DNA of 64,000 bases, taken from sequence record NC_014636.1, one strand, 5' to 3'. Shown in pieces: positions 36,963 to 46,762 of the stretch (position 1 is its first letter; each line of letters starts with the position of its first letter). Both the position numbers and the translations under genes were made by a program. Below the pieces are notes generated by a model that worked only from the letters and a program-made list of their open reading frames with translations, made no database searches and had not been told where the DNA came from.

Positions 36963-37622
36963 CGGATCAACATCATCGGAGGATGGAATTTCTTGCAAAC
37001 CCCAGGCATAGCGTTTTGAGTAGATCAGCATCAATATATCCTTAGCGGCATCATGAATACTATCATGTTTCACGAATCCGTCAAGCGTTCCTTTCGGTAA
37101 CGGGCAGATTGTTTGCATTCTAGTACCTAGATTTTGTTCAATCGCGGTGCGAATATCGCGCTGGCGAGAGAAGTTAACTGGCTGATCAAAGATCGTGTCG
37201 TCATTCCCAGTGAACTGAGATAACATATCCTCGAATATGGTAAAGTCAAAGCTATTGCCACGACACCATGCCAGCGATTTCCAGTAATCAACTTTGAACT
37301 CCGGCTTGCGGATAAAGTCGAAAAACTGTTGGATTCCGTCTTCGATTGTAACATCGTGTTCAGACGGTTTCAAGTTCTTTTTCGCTTCTGGTGATTGATT
37401 TTTCCACCAGTCGATTGTTGATTTCAGTTTATGACGATTTGACTGTGATTTCAAGTCAAATTTGATTTTTATGCCGCGAGACACCAAATCTTTAAAGCTA
37501 GGAGGATTCATTACATCCTCCCGATACACGATAACGGCTAAATCAATAGCCGTTGCGTTCGCTTTGTTGCTCAGAGTCTCCATGTCGATGATATAATCAT
37601 CATACTCTGGGACTTGTATCAT
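36942..37622 (-). CDS. dexA: Exonuclease A (DEDD 3'-5' exonuclease)
   Basis: IIDMET, TIDWWKNQSPEA, WCRGNSFDF, RDIRT, HDSIHDAAKD. Confidence 0.92.
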   Translation of the reverse strand: MIQVPEYDDYIIDMETLSNKANATAIDLAVIVYREDVMNPPSFKDLVSRGIKIKFDLKSQSNRHKLKSTIDWWKNQSPEAKKNLKPSEHDVTIEDGIQQFFDFIRKPEFKVDYWKSLAWCRGNSFDFTIFEDMLSQFTGNDDTIFDQPVNFSRQRDIRTAIEQNLGTRMQTICPLPKGTLDGFVKHDSIHDAAKDILMLIYSKRYAWGLQEIPSSDDVDPLSILRG

Positions 37623-38113
37623 TTGACGCCGGAACTCCCGAGACCACCTTCGCCGCGTTCAGAAACGGTTTCGAACTCGTCTACCCGCTTGAAAGTGAAT
37701 CCTTTCACGTACAGATGGAATACCATTTGAACAACACGGTCACCAGGCTCGATAGTAAGATCACCAGTGCCTTCGTTGCGCAGCTTGATCATGATCTCGC
37801 CTTGATAGTCAGCATCAATAACACCAGCAGTATTAGCCAGTCGGACATAGTGCTTGAAGCCCAGACCGGAGCGAGGCAGAATGCAGCCATACACACCAAC
37901 ATCCAGGAACACTTGAGCGAGATCAAGAGCGGCAATGTTCATTTTCAGACCACTCGGGATAACAACGTCCTCGCCCGGTTTCAGGGTAACAGCTTCGCTA
38001 ATTGCAGCTCGCAGATCTACGCCGGCGGCGTCTTTGGACTTGAACTCAGGCAGTTCCCACTTGTAATGTGGCAGTACGATTACAGGAATATCTCTCATTA
38101 AATTTTTCTCCAT
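37619..38113 (-). CDS. dut: Trimeric dUTPase
   Basis: AGVDL, PRSGLG, GVIDADYQGEI, GDRVVQ, RGEGGLGSSG. Confidence 0.95.
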   Translation of the reverse strand: MEKNLMRDIPVIVLPHYKWELPEFKSKDAAGVDLRAAISEAVTLKPGEDVVIPSGLKMNIAALDLAQVFLDVGVYGCILPRSGLGFKHYVRLANTAGVIDADYQGEIMIKLRNEGTGDLTIEPGDRVVQMVFHLYVKGFTFKRVDEFETVSERGEGGLGSSGVK

Positions 38114-39129
38114 TCGGAAAGTCTACGTTTAGCACTAAGTCCAGATACCGTATTCTGTTTGAGATACGTTTCGATTTGTTGAACAGTCGCGCCTTCATCT
38201 TTGATCATATCATTGATGTCCTTCGAGTGGAATGGACAATCTAACCATACGACCACCTTTTCACCAGCGTCTATAAGCTTCTCCAGACGCTCTACCGTCT
38301 CTTTGCTTCGCGGCTCGTTGTCTAACACCCACACACGCTTACCTTTGAATGGAGCGTCTGCCAAGTGCATAGAACCACCGACGATTGCCAAAGAGTTCGG
38401 AATAAATGTGCTGTCTATTGGACCTTCGAAGTACCAGACAGTCTTTGTTCCGTCAACGCGCTCAAGTCCATAAACTTTGTTCGCATCGTCGGACGGCTTC
38501 ACAGTCAGATACCGCTGATTTTTGTCAACGTTTCCCAATGCTCGACCTTGAATACAGCTCACCGTACCGTCAGCATTATAGATGGGAATTACCAATCGGT
38601 ATTCTTTCTCGATATGCTTGTAAGTATCGGGTTTTATGTGATTGCTCAGACCTTTCCAGTTGTCGGTGAAGTAGAACAGTTTCAAGTTCTCTTTCGGGAT
38701 ACAGCGATGAAGCATGTATTTTACAACTGGATGCGCTTCTGGCAGTTCAGATAGTCTAACACAAAACGGCAGTTCGGAAACAATTTTTTGCTCTTTTTTC
38801 TCAAGTTTCGCACCGAGGTCTAGCTTGACTTCTGACCGTTTTGGCTTGCTGTCCTTATACTTCTCTTTGATATACTCGCGGTATAGTTCTTCATGATACA
38901 GTTGGAGATATAGAGAAAACGGAAGCTGTTTGCCGCAGTTGAAGCAGCCATAGAAAACTTGTCCGTCGCGTTCGTAAAACCATCCGCGAGACTTGTATTT
39001 GTCTTTTTGTGAGTCGCCACAAATGTGACAACGGAAGTTATACTTGATTTCATGCGCACGGCTGTGATCCGAAAACATCGGCAACACAAACGCTATTTGA
39101 TGCGCCATTTGTCGTTGAATGTAAAGCAT
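38098..39129 (-). CDS. 61: DNA primase gp61
   Basis: RCHICGDSQKD..K.RGWFY, CFNC, EGPIDS, DNEPR, KDINDM; likely start MLYIQ at 39129. Confidence 0.96.
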   Translation of the reverse strand: MLYIQRQMAHQIAFVLPMFSDHSRAHEIKYNFRCHICGDSQKDKYKSRGWFYERDGQVFYGCFNCGKQLPFSLYLQLYHEELYREYIKEKYKDSKPKRSEVKLDLGAKLEKKEQKIVSELPFCVRLSELPEAHPVVKYMLHRCIPKENLKLFYFTDNWKGLSNHIKPDTYKHIEKEYRLVIPIYNADGTVSCIQGRALGNVDKNQRYLTVKPSDDANKVYGLERVDGTKTVWYFEGPIDSTFIPNSLAIVGGSMHLADAPFKGKRVWVLDNEPRSKETVERLEKLIDAGEKVVVWLDCPFHSKDINDMIKDEGATVQQIETYLKQNTVSGLSAKRRLSEWRKI

Positions 39130-39173
39130 AAACTCTCCAAATAAAAATGCCCTCTTATGAGGGCATGATATCA

Positions 39174-39644
39174 TTAGTATTCTTTCTTTTCAACTTTTTT
39201 CTTGCCCATATTCGATGGACCTTTCGATGTAACGCTACCGCTTTTCTCGCCGGTAGCAATCGCAGTTGCATCCCCGCCAGAGTCGCCAGAAATCATTTCG
39301 ATCAAAGTATGCAGATCGCTAGACTCTTCGCACTCCGTCAACGGCATACGACTCATGTCCGGTTCACCATATTCACTGATGATCGCGTTCCATCCCATCT
39401 TAACTGCCAGAGCTGATGTACCGAATCCACCACTGAATTTCTGAATAGTCTGCTTCAAACTTCTTACCATACTATGGAATTTGGTATAATGCGACTTTTC
39501 TTTCGGGGTTTCGGGACGACGGATCACGTTGCCTTGATCATCGATAATGCCTAGCTTGAATGCCTCCCACTTGCGAAATGATTTCCCAAGCAGTGTAGCA
39601 AGGCGATAGGCATACACAGCATCCATAACTGTTTTTGCACTCAT
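39174..39644 (-). CDS. 61.1: Conserved T4-like protein gp61.1
   Basis: YAYRL..LL.K.F..WEAFKLGIID..G.V...P.T..EK..YT.FH..VR.LK. Confidence 0.8.
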   Translation of the reverse strand: MSAKTVMDAVYAYRLATLLGKSFRKWEAFKLGIIDDQGNVIRRPETPKEKSHYTKFHSMVRSLKQTIQKFSGGFGTSALAVKMGWNAIISEYGEPDMSRMPLTECEESSDLHTLIEMISGDSGGDATAIATGEKSGSVTSKGPSNMGKKKVEKKEY

Positions 39645-39664
39645 TTAACACCTCCTAAACAAAT

Positions 39665-39671
39665 TATTTAG
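39665..39671 (-). promoter_or_regulatory. Possible late promoter (CTAAATA) for 61.1
   Basis: In the 31-nt gap between gene 41 and 61.1, before an AGGAGG SD; the 7-mer alone is weak evidence. Confidence 0.4.
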
Positions 39672-39675
39672 GGGA

Positions 39676-41130
39676 TTAGATCCCCCAATCGACCGCATCA
39701 TCAATCGTTGCGTCAGCAAGCTTGTCCATCTTGTTGCGTGTGCTCAAGTCTTTGGCTTTCGCCACGTTCTCCTTGTGCGCTTCGTTCATACGCGAGCTTG
39801 CATCATTCAGATTACCACCAAAGTTGCCCTCTGGTTCTGTCCAACGTTGTTTACCTTTGTTAACACATAGGTTAAATCTGGTAAACTTGTTTTTGTCACC
39901 ATAACGCGATTTGATTTGTTTAAAGAGTTGTTGATTGATTTCTGCCAACTCTTCGGTTTCCATCGCTGCCAACATAAAGTCACAAGTCGCGGGAAGACCA
40001 GCAGATTCAGCAACATCCGACATATTGATATCAGAGCTATCCCAGCCACCACGAGTAGTCTGTGCCGCAGACCAAACAACCACATCATGCTCGATAGCAA
40101 AGCCTCGAAGTTCTTCGGCAATCGCTTTCACCATGGTGTAACTGTTCTCAGAATATGCAGTCATTCGCTTAGACGCCATGATCCCAAGATAGTCAACAAT
40201 CACGATATCAGGCTTGAAACCCTTCTTGATCTGCAAGTCAGACATCAAATTGTCTAAGTGGTTGCAGTTCGCAGCACCGGTAGGGAACTGTTTAACAACG
40301 AGCTTGCCACAGTTCTTCTGCTTGAGTCCAGCGAATCGACGCATAAAATCGGTCTCAGAGATAAGACCATCGTCAATATCGTCCAGTGTGACATCCAGCA
40401 AGTTAGCATCGATACGCTTACCGCATACTTCTTCGCCCATTTCCATAGACACATACAGCACATTGTAACCCTGTAACAGGTACTCACATGCCAAATGACA
40501 CAGACCCAGCGATTTACCGACGTTAACACCTGCCAGAATGATGTTCAGCGTTCGACGCTCTACACCGCCCTTGGTGATAGTGTTCAGAATCTTTGTGATA
40601 AACGGAATCTTTTTCGATTTAGTCTTGTAAGACTGAAACCGGGATTCAACGTCATCAAAGTAATCATGACCGATTGCCAAGTTAAATGCAACAGCAAGCG
40701 CGTTTTTCATCAAGTCAGGAATAGCGCCGATGTCCTTGATCTTGCGGTCTCGTTCGTCCAGCGGCTTCGCGTGATTTTCTTGAATCAAGATTGCTTCGGA
40801 CAATGCATTATGCATCGCTCGTTCTTGGCAATACTTCTCGGTTTCAGCAAGCAGCCAACCGAGATCTTCCGGTACACCAACAAGTTCGCCGATACCAGAA
40901 TAGGCTTCATCAAACTCAACCTGAGAAATCCCTGTACGCTTCTCCAGCGCGATTGCCAGCGCGTTGTGAGTCGGGATTGTCTTATACTCAGTATAATGCT
41001 TTTGAATCAGTTCGAAGATTAAACGAATTGGTCCTCTCGGAAAATACTCCCGCTTTATGAACGGGAAGACTTGCCGAAAGTATTCCTCAGAAACGAGGAG
41101 ATTCGTGAGAATAGATTGTTCGATTGACAT
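39676..41130 (-). CDS. 41: Replicative helicase gp41
   Basis: AGVNVGKSLGLC, SMEM.EE, IVDYLGI, AEELRG, DVAESAGLP.TCD, KSRYGD. Confidence 0.97.
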   Translation of the reverse strand: MSIEQSILTNLLVSEEYFRQVFPFIKREYFPRGPIRLIFELIQKHYTEYKTIPTHNALAIALEKRTGISQVEFDEAYSGIGELVGVPEDLGWLLAETEKYCQERAMHNALSEAILIQENHAKPLDERDRKIKDIGAIPDLMKNALAVAFNLAIGHDYFDDVESRFQSYKTKSKKIPFITKILNTITKGGVERRTLNIILAGVNVGKSLGLCHLACEYLLQGYNVLYVSMEMGEEVCGKRIDANLLDVTLDDIDDGLISETDFMRRFAGLKQKNCGKLVVKQFPTGAANCNHLDNLMSDLQIKKGFKPDIVIVDYLGIMASKRMTAYSENSYTMVKAIAEELRGFAIEHDVVVWSAAQTTRGGWDSSDINMSDVAESAGLPATCDFMLAAMETEELAEINQQLFKQIKSRYGDKNKFTRFNLCVNKGKQRWTEPEGNFGGNLNDASSRMNEAHKENVAKAKDLSTRNKMDKLADATIDDAVDWGI

Positions 41131-41372
41131 TCATTGCCTTCTGTGATTTGCGCTTGTAAAGCGGCTTTAACGTGTTTGAATAATTCATCTTTCATGATCT
41201 CTTTCTCAGTATGGGGAGTGGACCAGTCCATGTAAACTTGTCCGTTAACAAAACTTACATCGTGAATATACGCGATGAAGGGCTTGCCGTCAACTAGAAT
41301 AACAAGCTCTTGTTTGATATCTTTTAATGCTTCGTCTAGTACGTCTCTGTAATTTCGCTCTTTGGCTTCCAT
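41055..41372 (-). CDS. 40: Head vertex assembly chaperone gp40
   Basis: IKQELVI...FIAYI..V.F..G.V.MD...EL..HV; directly upstream of 41 as in T4; overlaps 41 by 76 nt. Confidence 0.75.
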   Translation of the reverse strand: MEAKERNYRDVLDEALKDIKQELVILVDGKPFIAYIHDVSFVNGQVYMDWSTPHTEKEIMKDELFKHVKAALQAQITEGNECQSNNLFSRISSFLRNTFGKSSRS

Positions 41373-42079
41373 TGACGTCTCCGTTTACTTTGCCATTTCC
41401 AACTTTTCTGAACGGCTCGATCAGCTCGATCCCACCAAGCTTCGGTAATCTCATACGAATCAATGATAGAACTACGACGAATCGGCGGCTCAGGAATGTC
41501 GTACCAGTTTCCGGGTCCAGCTTCATAGTTGCCTTCGTACCACTCTTCGCGATACAAATCCCATTCGTATTCATTGACTTCCAGATCTTGGCGACGCTGA
41601 CTTTCCATAAAGCGTTGTGCAATTCGAATTGCACCGCGTGGCTTGCGATAGCCGTACACGCTCTTACGAGACCCACGATCACGGGCGTTCCAGCTCATAC
41701 AGCTCGGTGCCTTGCGTTTGGCCTGCTTATGATAGACTTGCATTGCCATATTGGGATCAATAACTCGACCACCATCGTCGGTAATGATGCCAGCACAGGT
41801 AGCAAATCCAACAAACAGATCAAACCAACCCCAACTGTCTTTAGTCTTTTTGTTCGCGATGTATGTCAGACGATATCCGTTATGAACGTAAAATCCGTTT
41901 TTCTCGATGCCTTCTTTGATCTCATGGCGATACTTGCCATAAGTTCCGATGTGCAGAAAAGTACCGAATCGTTTAAGATGATACGTTTCCCAGTTTTCGA
42001 TCACGTCGATCAACTTAGCACGTTTGAACGTGCCATTGGCCAGATCGATGTTGTATTCTTTGTGCAGATCGATTTTCAT
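41336..42079 (-). CDS. Hypothetical protein inserted between uvsX and 40
   Basis: 247 aa, GGAG SD; Trp/Arg-rich C-terminus KSWKWQSKRRRQW. Confidence 0.7.
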   Translation of the reverse strand: MKIDLHKEYNIDLANGTFKRAKLIDVIENWETYHLKRFGTFLHIGTYGKYRHEIKEGIEKNGFYVHNGYRLTYIANKKTKDSWGWFDLFVGFATCAGIITDDGGRVIDPNMAMQVYHKQAKRKAPSCMSWNARDRGSRKSVYGYRKPRGAIRIAQRFMESQRRQDLEVNEYEWDLYREEWYEGNYEAGPGNWYDIPEPPIRRSSIIDSYEITEAWWDRADRAVQKSWKWQSKRRRQWKPKSEITETY

Positions 42080-42131
42080 AAATCTCTCCTTGATTAGATA
42101 GGAATAGATTATCAGAGTCCAACATAAAAGT

Positions 42132-42156
42132 AAAGAGGGCCGAAGCCCTCTTTTTA
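42132..42156 (-). terminator. Terminator after uvsX
   Basis: AAGAGGGC-TTCG-GCCCTCTT hairpin directly after the uvsX stop. Confidence 0.75.
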
Positions 42157-43386
42157 ATCTAGATTTTCGAACAGCTCGTCGGCATCATCGGAACTAACGT
42201 CGATGTCTTCAAGTTGATCGATTTCTTCTTGTTTGTCTTCCATCTTGCGACCCATATTAACAGGCAAATCAGATTCCCCGTTAAACAGATCATCAACTTC
42301 ATCAAACACTTCATCTTTGACGCTAACAGCTTTCAGCTTGTATGCATCGGAACAAGCGCGTTTGAATGGCTCATGACTGAACAGCGGCTTCCAGAATTCC
42401 AAGCAACTTGTATCAGCACGACGCCACTTGCGATCTTCCTCAATCAACTCACCGGTTTCCTCGTCGAGGAAAGCACGACTGAACCAACCGTTAGACGGTT
42501 TAACGACGAATCCGACATCGAGCGCAATGTCAAGCATACCGGAGTAAGTGTTAATACCACCTTGGAAAGTCACCTCAAGCGGCAGCTTGGATTGTTCGCG
42601 AACGAAACGAGACTTTTCCATGTTCAAGATGAAGTTATAACCAAGCAGTTCTTTACCGTCTTTCTCTTGTTGACGACCGATAATGATTACGGTGTCGGCA
42701 GAGTAAGTGATACCAGTACCACCAGAAACGACTTTCTTGGAATACATTTCTTGAGTGTCATAGGTATGAGCAACCATGATCGCCGGAATGTCCAAGAATG
42801 TCAAATACGGAGTCATGATTCGGGTCAGAGACTTGATTTGTTTTGCTCGGGTCATATCGCTAACCGATTTTTCGTCGATAGCGTCGTCCACTTCTTTCTT
42901 AGAAGCAGCGTTACCGATAGAGTCAACGAAAACGATCACACGCTCGCCGCGCTCAATTGCTTCCAGTTTCTTAACAATGTCGAATTTGAGTTCTTCAATG
43001 TTTTTGAACGGACAATGAATTACGCGAGAAATGTCAACGCCTTGTGACTGGAAATAACCAGGAGTAGAACCGAATTCGTTGTCAAAGAACAGACAAACGG
43101 CATCGGGATATTTTCGCATATAAGCAGCAACGAATACCAGAGACAGGTTAGATTTAAAGTGCTTAGACGGACCAGCCAGAACAGTCAGACCAGGAGCCAA
43201 ACCACCGTCAAGTTCGCCACTCATTGCCAAGTTAAGCAACGGTACACGAGTTCTAATACTGTCTTTGTCGTTGAAGAATTTACTATCTACCAGAACGGAA
43301 CTCATGCCGTTAGAAGATGCGCTAGTGAGTTTGCCAATCAAACCACTCAGATTACTTTTGCTACCAGTTTTAATGCCTTTTGCCAT
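42154..43386 (-). CDS. uvsX: RecA-like recombinase UvsX
   Basis: LAGPSKHFKS Walker A, FDNEFG, DSIGN, SGGTG..YSAD. Confidence 0.97.
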   Translation of the reverse strand: MAKGIKTGSKSNLSGLIGKLTSASSNGMSSVLVDSKFFNDKDSIRTRVPLLNLAMSGELDGGLAPGLTVLAGPSKHFKSNLSLVFVAAYMRKYPDAVCLFFDNEFGSTPGYFQSQGVDISRVIHCPFKNIEELKFDIVKKLEAIERGERVIVFVDSIGNAASKKEVDDAIDEKSVSDMTRAKQIKSLTRIMTPYLTFLDIPAIMVAHTYDTQEMYSKKVVSGGTGITYSADTVIIIGRQQEKDGKELLGYNFILNMEKSRFVREQSKLPLEVTFQGGINTYSGMLDIALDVGFVVKPSNGWFSRAFLDEETGELIEEDRKWRRADTSCLEFWKPLFSHEPFKRACSDAYKLKAVSVKDEVFDEVDDLFNGESDLPVNMGRKMEDKQEEIDQLEDIDVSSDDADELFENLD

Positions 43387-43496
43387 TTTACAGTTTTATC
43401 CTTTAGTTACGATTTAAGTCATAACGAAGCAGGATTTATTTTTCACCTCACAAAGTTATGGGGCTATTATCGCATAGCCCCAGAAGCGGATAAACA

Positions 43497-46256
43497 TCAG
43501 AAGTCGAAAAGATCCATCAAGCTGGCTTTCTTCTCAGTCTCCCATCCGATTGCGTTACAGATATTCTCCAACGGTTTCAAATAGTGCTTCTGATACATGC
43601 CCATATAATCCATGTATTTGTCAAGATCGAGATTGAAATCATCAGGAATCTTTTCACCACTCGGGAATGCCAAGATTGGTGATTGAATGTGATTCGGCTC
43701 TCTCAGATAAACAATCTGGATTTTCTCACCACTTCGAATCATATCGCAATTCAGACGCTCGGCAGTCTTGTTGTACGCAAGCGCACCCTTGATATGTCCA
43801 GGACATCCTTTCAGCGGGACCCAGTTGTGATGATTCTTTTCTATGTTGTTCGCACTAGACACGCTCGCAAGTTCGCGATAATCGCGCTTTGGATACTCGG
43901 CCTTCACTTCCGCAACATAGTCTTGTAGGGCAGCTTCACCTTTAGTAAGGATTAGCTTGATACTCTTCTCAAGCGATTTGCCAGCAAATACTGGCGTGCT
44001 AGAACGTTGAGTTTCGATGCCCATAATTTTCAGCTTCGGAACAACGTTGCCGTGTTCGTCAAGCTTACGTTTACCTTCTGAGTCCCACACGTTAGCGGCA
44101 TAACGCTTCTTAGCAGTCCAGAAAGCAGTATCAGCGATGATCTCTCGGTCCATGAACAACTTATGATCGAAGCAGTTCACATACTCAGCCAGTTCTCGAT
44201 AGCTCTGGTCGATATACGGCTCGCATTTCTCTTTAGCGAACTTAGACAGAAAATCTACCCAGCGAATTGTCTCGATGTCACCGACTTGAATGCCTTTCTT
44301 AGCAGCCATCAGATTAACGAAACGTTCAAAGGTAAGATAGATTGAGTCGGTATCACCATACACAACATAATCAACGTTTTCAGTCTGGCACAGCGCGTTC
44401 ATGTATTCGTTCATCTTCCGCATGATCCAGCGAATCGCAAACTGACCACTCATGGTAATAGCTTCTGCGTTTCGAACGTCATAATAACGGAAGTGCTCGT
44501 TACCCAATGCACCATAAAGTGAGTTGATCAGTACCTTACGAGCTTGCTGGTTTACGTTCTCCAGCTTTTCCATAAAGCGGCAGTAATCAACGACGCCGTT
44601 TAGTGATTCGTTACTATAGCCCAACAGATCATCTTTGAACTGTTCGAGTGCTGCACCTTTCATTGACAGATCGATTGTCTTTGGATCAAAGAATGCTGGT
44701 TTGTCAGCTTCTCCGTTTTCTTTGCGACCAATCAAAATATCGTATGCAACGGTAGCGATTTTGTCCGCGGTAAATTCTGCGTTCTTCGCTGCTTTACGTT
44801 GCAGGAACACTTTCTCGATTTCAGTCGGGATAATACCACGCTTCTCGCGAGTGTATCGCATCCCATTTGCCGCGAACGAATGACCATTGTGTGGCACTTG
44901 CATCTTCTTATCGACAAGTCCGGTACCAAATACATCTGGTACCATGCGATCTTTCACAAAGATAGAAGGCATTTCAAACTGGTCAATAATAGTCTCGGGA
45001 CTAATATTCCAACCCATGATAATGTGCGGATACAGTGATGTCAAGTCGAAACTCAGAATCCAGCGGTAGAATGCGGTCACCGGGTCTTTGACATATGCGC
45101 CCGCGTACTTCTTCTTGGAAGTGCGCTTGTTCTCTGGTACGACGATTCCTTGAACATGCAGACTGTTATGGATAATCGCGTCCCAAGTCTTCAATGGACT
45201 AAATGTGTTGTTATAGTTGATCTTTGCGTAATAACTTACACTAAGAATCAGATGGAACAACGACAAACGAGCATCGAGCTTGACCAACAAATCAACGTCT
45301 CGAATCAAGTAATCAATATAAGCTTGTGGATTTTTCTGACTGAAAGCCAAATAGGTCTTTTCTGTCAGTTCCATTTTTCTCATACCGAGTTCAACTTGGC
45401 CGATATAATCCAACTTATATGATGGTCGAGTCTTGAACGTGAATTTCTTATAAGCTGCCATGTAATCGACACATGCAATGCCGAGCAATTCATAAGTTAC
45501 GATCTCTTCGTCTTCTTCTTCGTCGGAATCTTTGTCCTTGAAAATAGTACGCTCGATGATCTGATCCCAGGGACTCAGCTTGTTAGCATATACGTCGCCA
45601 AGAACTTTGCGATATCGATTAACGATGTACCGCAAGTCGAACATTTCAGAGTTCCAACCAGAGAAAACATCAGGAGTATGATCGCGGAAGAATTTCAGAT
45701 ATTTGACCAACAGTTCCTTTTCACTGGAACAGAACACATATTCAACTCGGTCAAGCAGGTCACACGGCAAACCCTTGTGATCTTTGTCGAGCATCGACTT
45801 AGATACATCCCACGGACGAGTTGTGAACAGGTAATACTTTTTGCGTCTGGTGCTATAGTGACAGATCCCATCAATCTCCCAATCGCAAATATGCGGCTCA
45901 GGGAACGGGCCATCAGTCGGCACCTCGATATCCACAAATGCGATGTCGATCTGTTCATAGTTGAACGAAACAGGACCGCTATATGTATGATAAAGATATT
46001 GCAGAACGAAATCATCCATACCCAAAGGCTCTCGGTTGATATCGCGCATATCCTTCATCCACTTGCGACAATCGCTAATCGTGTTGAACTCGACCGCAGT
46101 TGCTCGCTTGCCGTAGATATCTTTCATTTCGCCTTGCGGGCTATGCTTATACATCGTTGGACCAAAGGTCACTTTACGACTGCGACTAACACCCGCATCG
46201 TCGATGTATCTTTCCAGAACGGTATTGCCTTGAATAGCTATGTTGGTGTAAAACAA
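43497..46256 (-). CDS. 43: B-family DNA polymerase gp43, single 919-aa chain, TTG start
   Basis: DIEV exonuclease, FDLTSLYP, KVLINSLYGALGN, YGDTDS, KKRYA. Confidence 0.98.
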   Translation of the reverse strand: MFYTNIAIQGNTVLERYIDDAGVSRSRKVTFGPTMYKHSPQGEMKDIYGKRATAVEFNTISDCRKWMKDMRDINREPLGMDDFVLQYLYHTYSGPVSFNYEQIDIAFVDIEVPTDGPFPEPHICDWEIDGICHYSTRRKKYYLFTTRPWDVSKSMLDKDHKGLPCDLLDRVEYVFCSSEKELLVKYLKFFRDHTPDVFSGWNSEMFDLRYIVNRYRKVLGDVYANKLSPWDQIIERTIFKDKDSDEEEDEEIVTYELLGIACVDYMAAYKKFTFKTRPSYKLDYIGQVELGMRKMELTEKTYLAFSQKNPQAYIDYLIRDVDLLVKLDARLSLFHLILSVSYYAKINYNNTFSPLKTWDAIIHNSLHVQGIVVPENKRTSKKKYAGAYVKDPVTAFYRWILSFDLTSLYPHIIMGWNISPETIIDQFEMPSIFVKDRMVPDVFGTGLVDKKMQVPHNGHSFAANGMRYTREKRGIIPTEIEKVFLQRKAAKNAEFTADKIATVAYDILIGRKENGEADKPAFFDPKTIDLSMKGAALEQFKDDLLGYSNESLNGVVDYCRFMEKLENVNQQARKVLINSLYGALGNEHFRYYDVRNAEAITMSGQFAIRWIMRKMNEYMNALCQTENVDYVVYGDTDSIYLTFERFVNLMAAKKGIQVGDIETIRWVDFLSKFAKEKCEPYIDQSYRELAEYVNCFDHKLFMDREIIADTAFWTAKKRYAANVWDSEGKRKLDEHGNVVPKLKIMGIETQRSSTPVFAGKSLEKSIKLILTKGEAALQDYVAEVKAEYPKRDYRELASVSSANNIEKNHHNWVPLKGCPGHIKGALAYNKTAERLNCDMIRSGEKIQIVYLREPNHIQSPILAFPSGEKIPDDFNLDLDKYMDYMGMYQKHYLKPLENICNAIGWETEKKASLMDLFDF

Positions 46257-46275
46257 ACTTCTTACCTCTTGTCAG

Positions 46276-46295
46276 TGCGCCTTTCAGGGGTCGCA
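46276..46295 (-). promoter_or_regulatory. Candidate gp43 translational operator hairpin
   Basis: TGCG-ACCCCTGAAAGG-CGCA stem-loop 7 nt upstream of the GAGG SD; T4 gp43 represses its own translation through such a hairpin. Confidence 0.4.
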
Positions 46296-46341
46296 TCTTG
46301 AGTAAAACATCCATAATATGCCTCTCACAAATTGAAAGCTG

Positions 46342-46380
46342 ATTATAGATGTGCCCTCGGTTGTTGTCAACTAAGGGCAC
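46342..46380 (-). promoter_or_regulatory. Gene 43 promoter with the -35 inside a 7-bp inverted repeat
   Basis: TTGACA-17 nt-TATAAT; GTGCCCT 46351-46357 / AGGGCAC 46374-46380. Confidence 0.8.
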
Positions 46381-46387
46381 AGAAGAA

Positions 46388-46756
46388 TTACATACCGAAC
46401 TTATACTTGTGAATCAGTGTCCAGTTGTGCTTGTCTTTGTGAGAGATAACTCGGAAGAAGTTATTGCCAGGGGCAACTTGATCACTGACGATTTCACACA
46501 TATTCCATTCTTGCAACAGAGTAGCGATGTCGTTACGACGGTCGATATCTTCTTGACCGATCTCTACCTGACGGCCATCGAGTTGGAGCAGTTCCTTGAA
46601 GTGAACGATGTAATACTTGCCTTGCTTTTGCAGAATGTGGCAGCTTTGATACAGCTTCTTTGCCACGTTGTTAGCGATACCGATACGGGTCAGAGTCTCG
46701 CGGATTTTCAGAAAATCATCATCAGTTTTCAGTTTAATTTGCAGCATCATTTTCAA
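46388..46756 (-). CDS. regA: Translational repressor RegA
   Basis: DDFLKIRETLTRIGIAN, LYQSCHILQKQGKYYIVHFKE. Confidence 0.97.
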   Translation of the reverse strand: MKMMLQIKLKTDDDFLKIRETLTRIGIANNVAKKLYQSCHILQKQGKYYIVHFKELLQLDGRQVEIGQEDIDRRNDIATLLQEWNMCEIVSDQVAPGNNFFRVISHKDKHNWTLIHKYKFGM

Positions 46757-46762
46757 TATTCC

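Noticed and set aside
43497-46256. Split gp43A/gp43B polymerase or intein
   Set aside because: A single 919-aa ORF with all motifs at normal spacing
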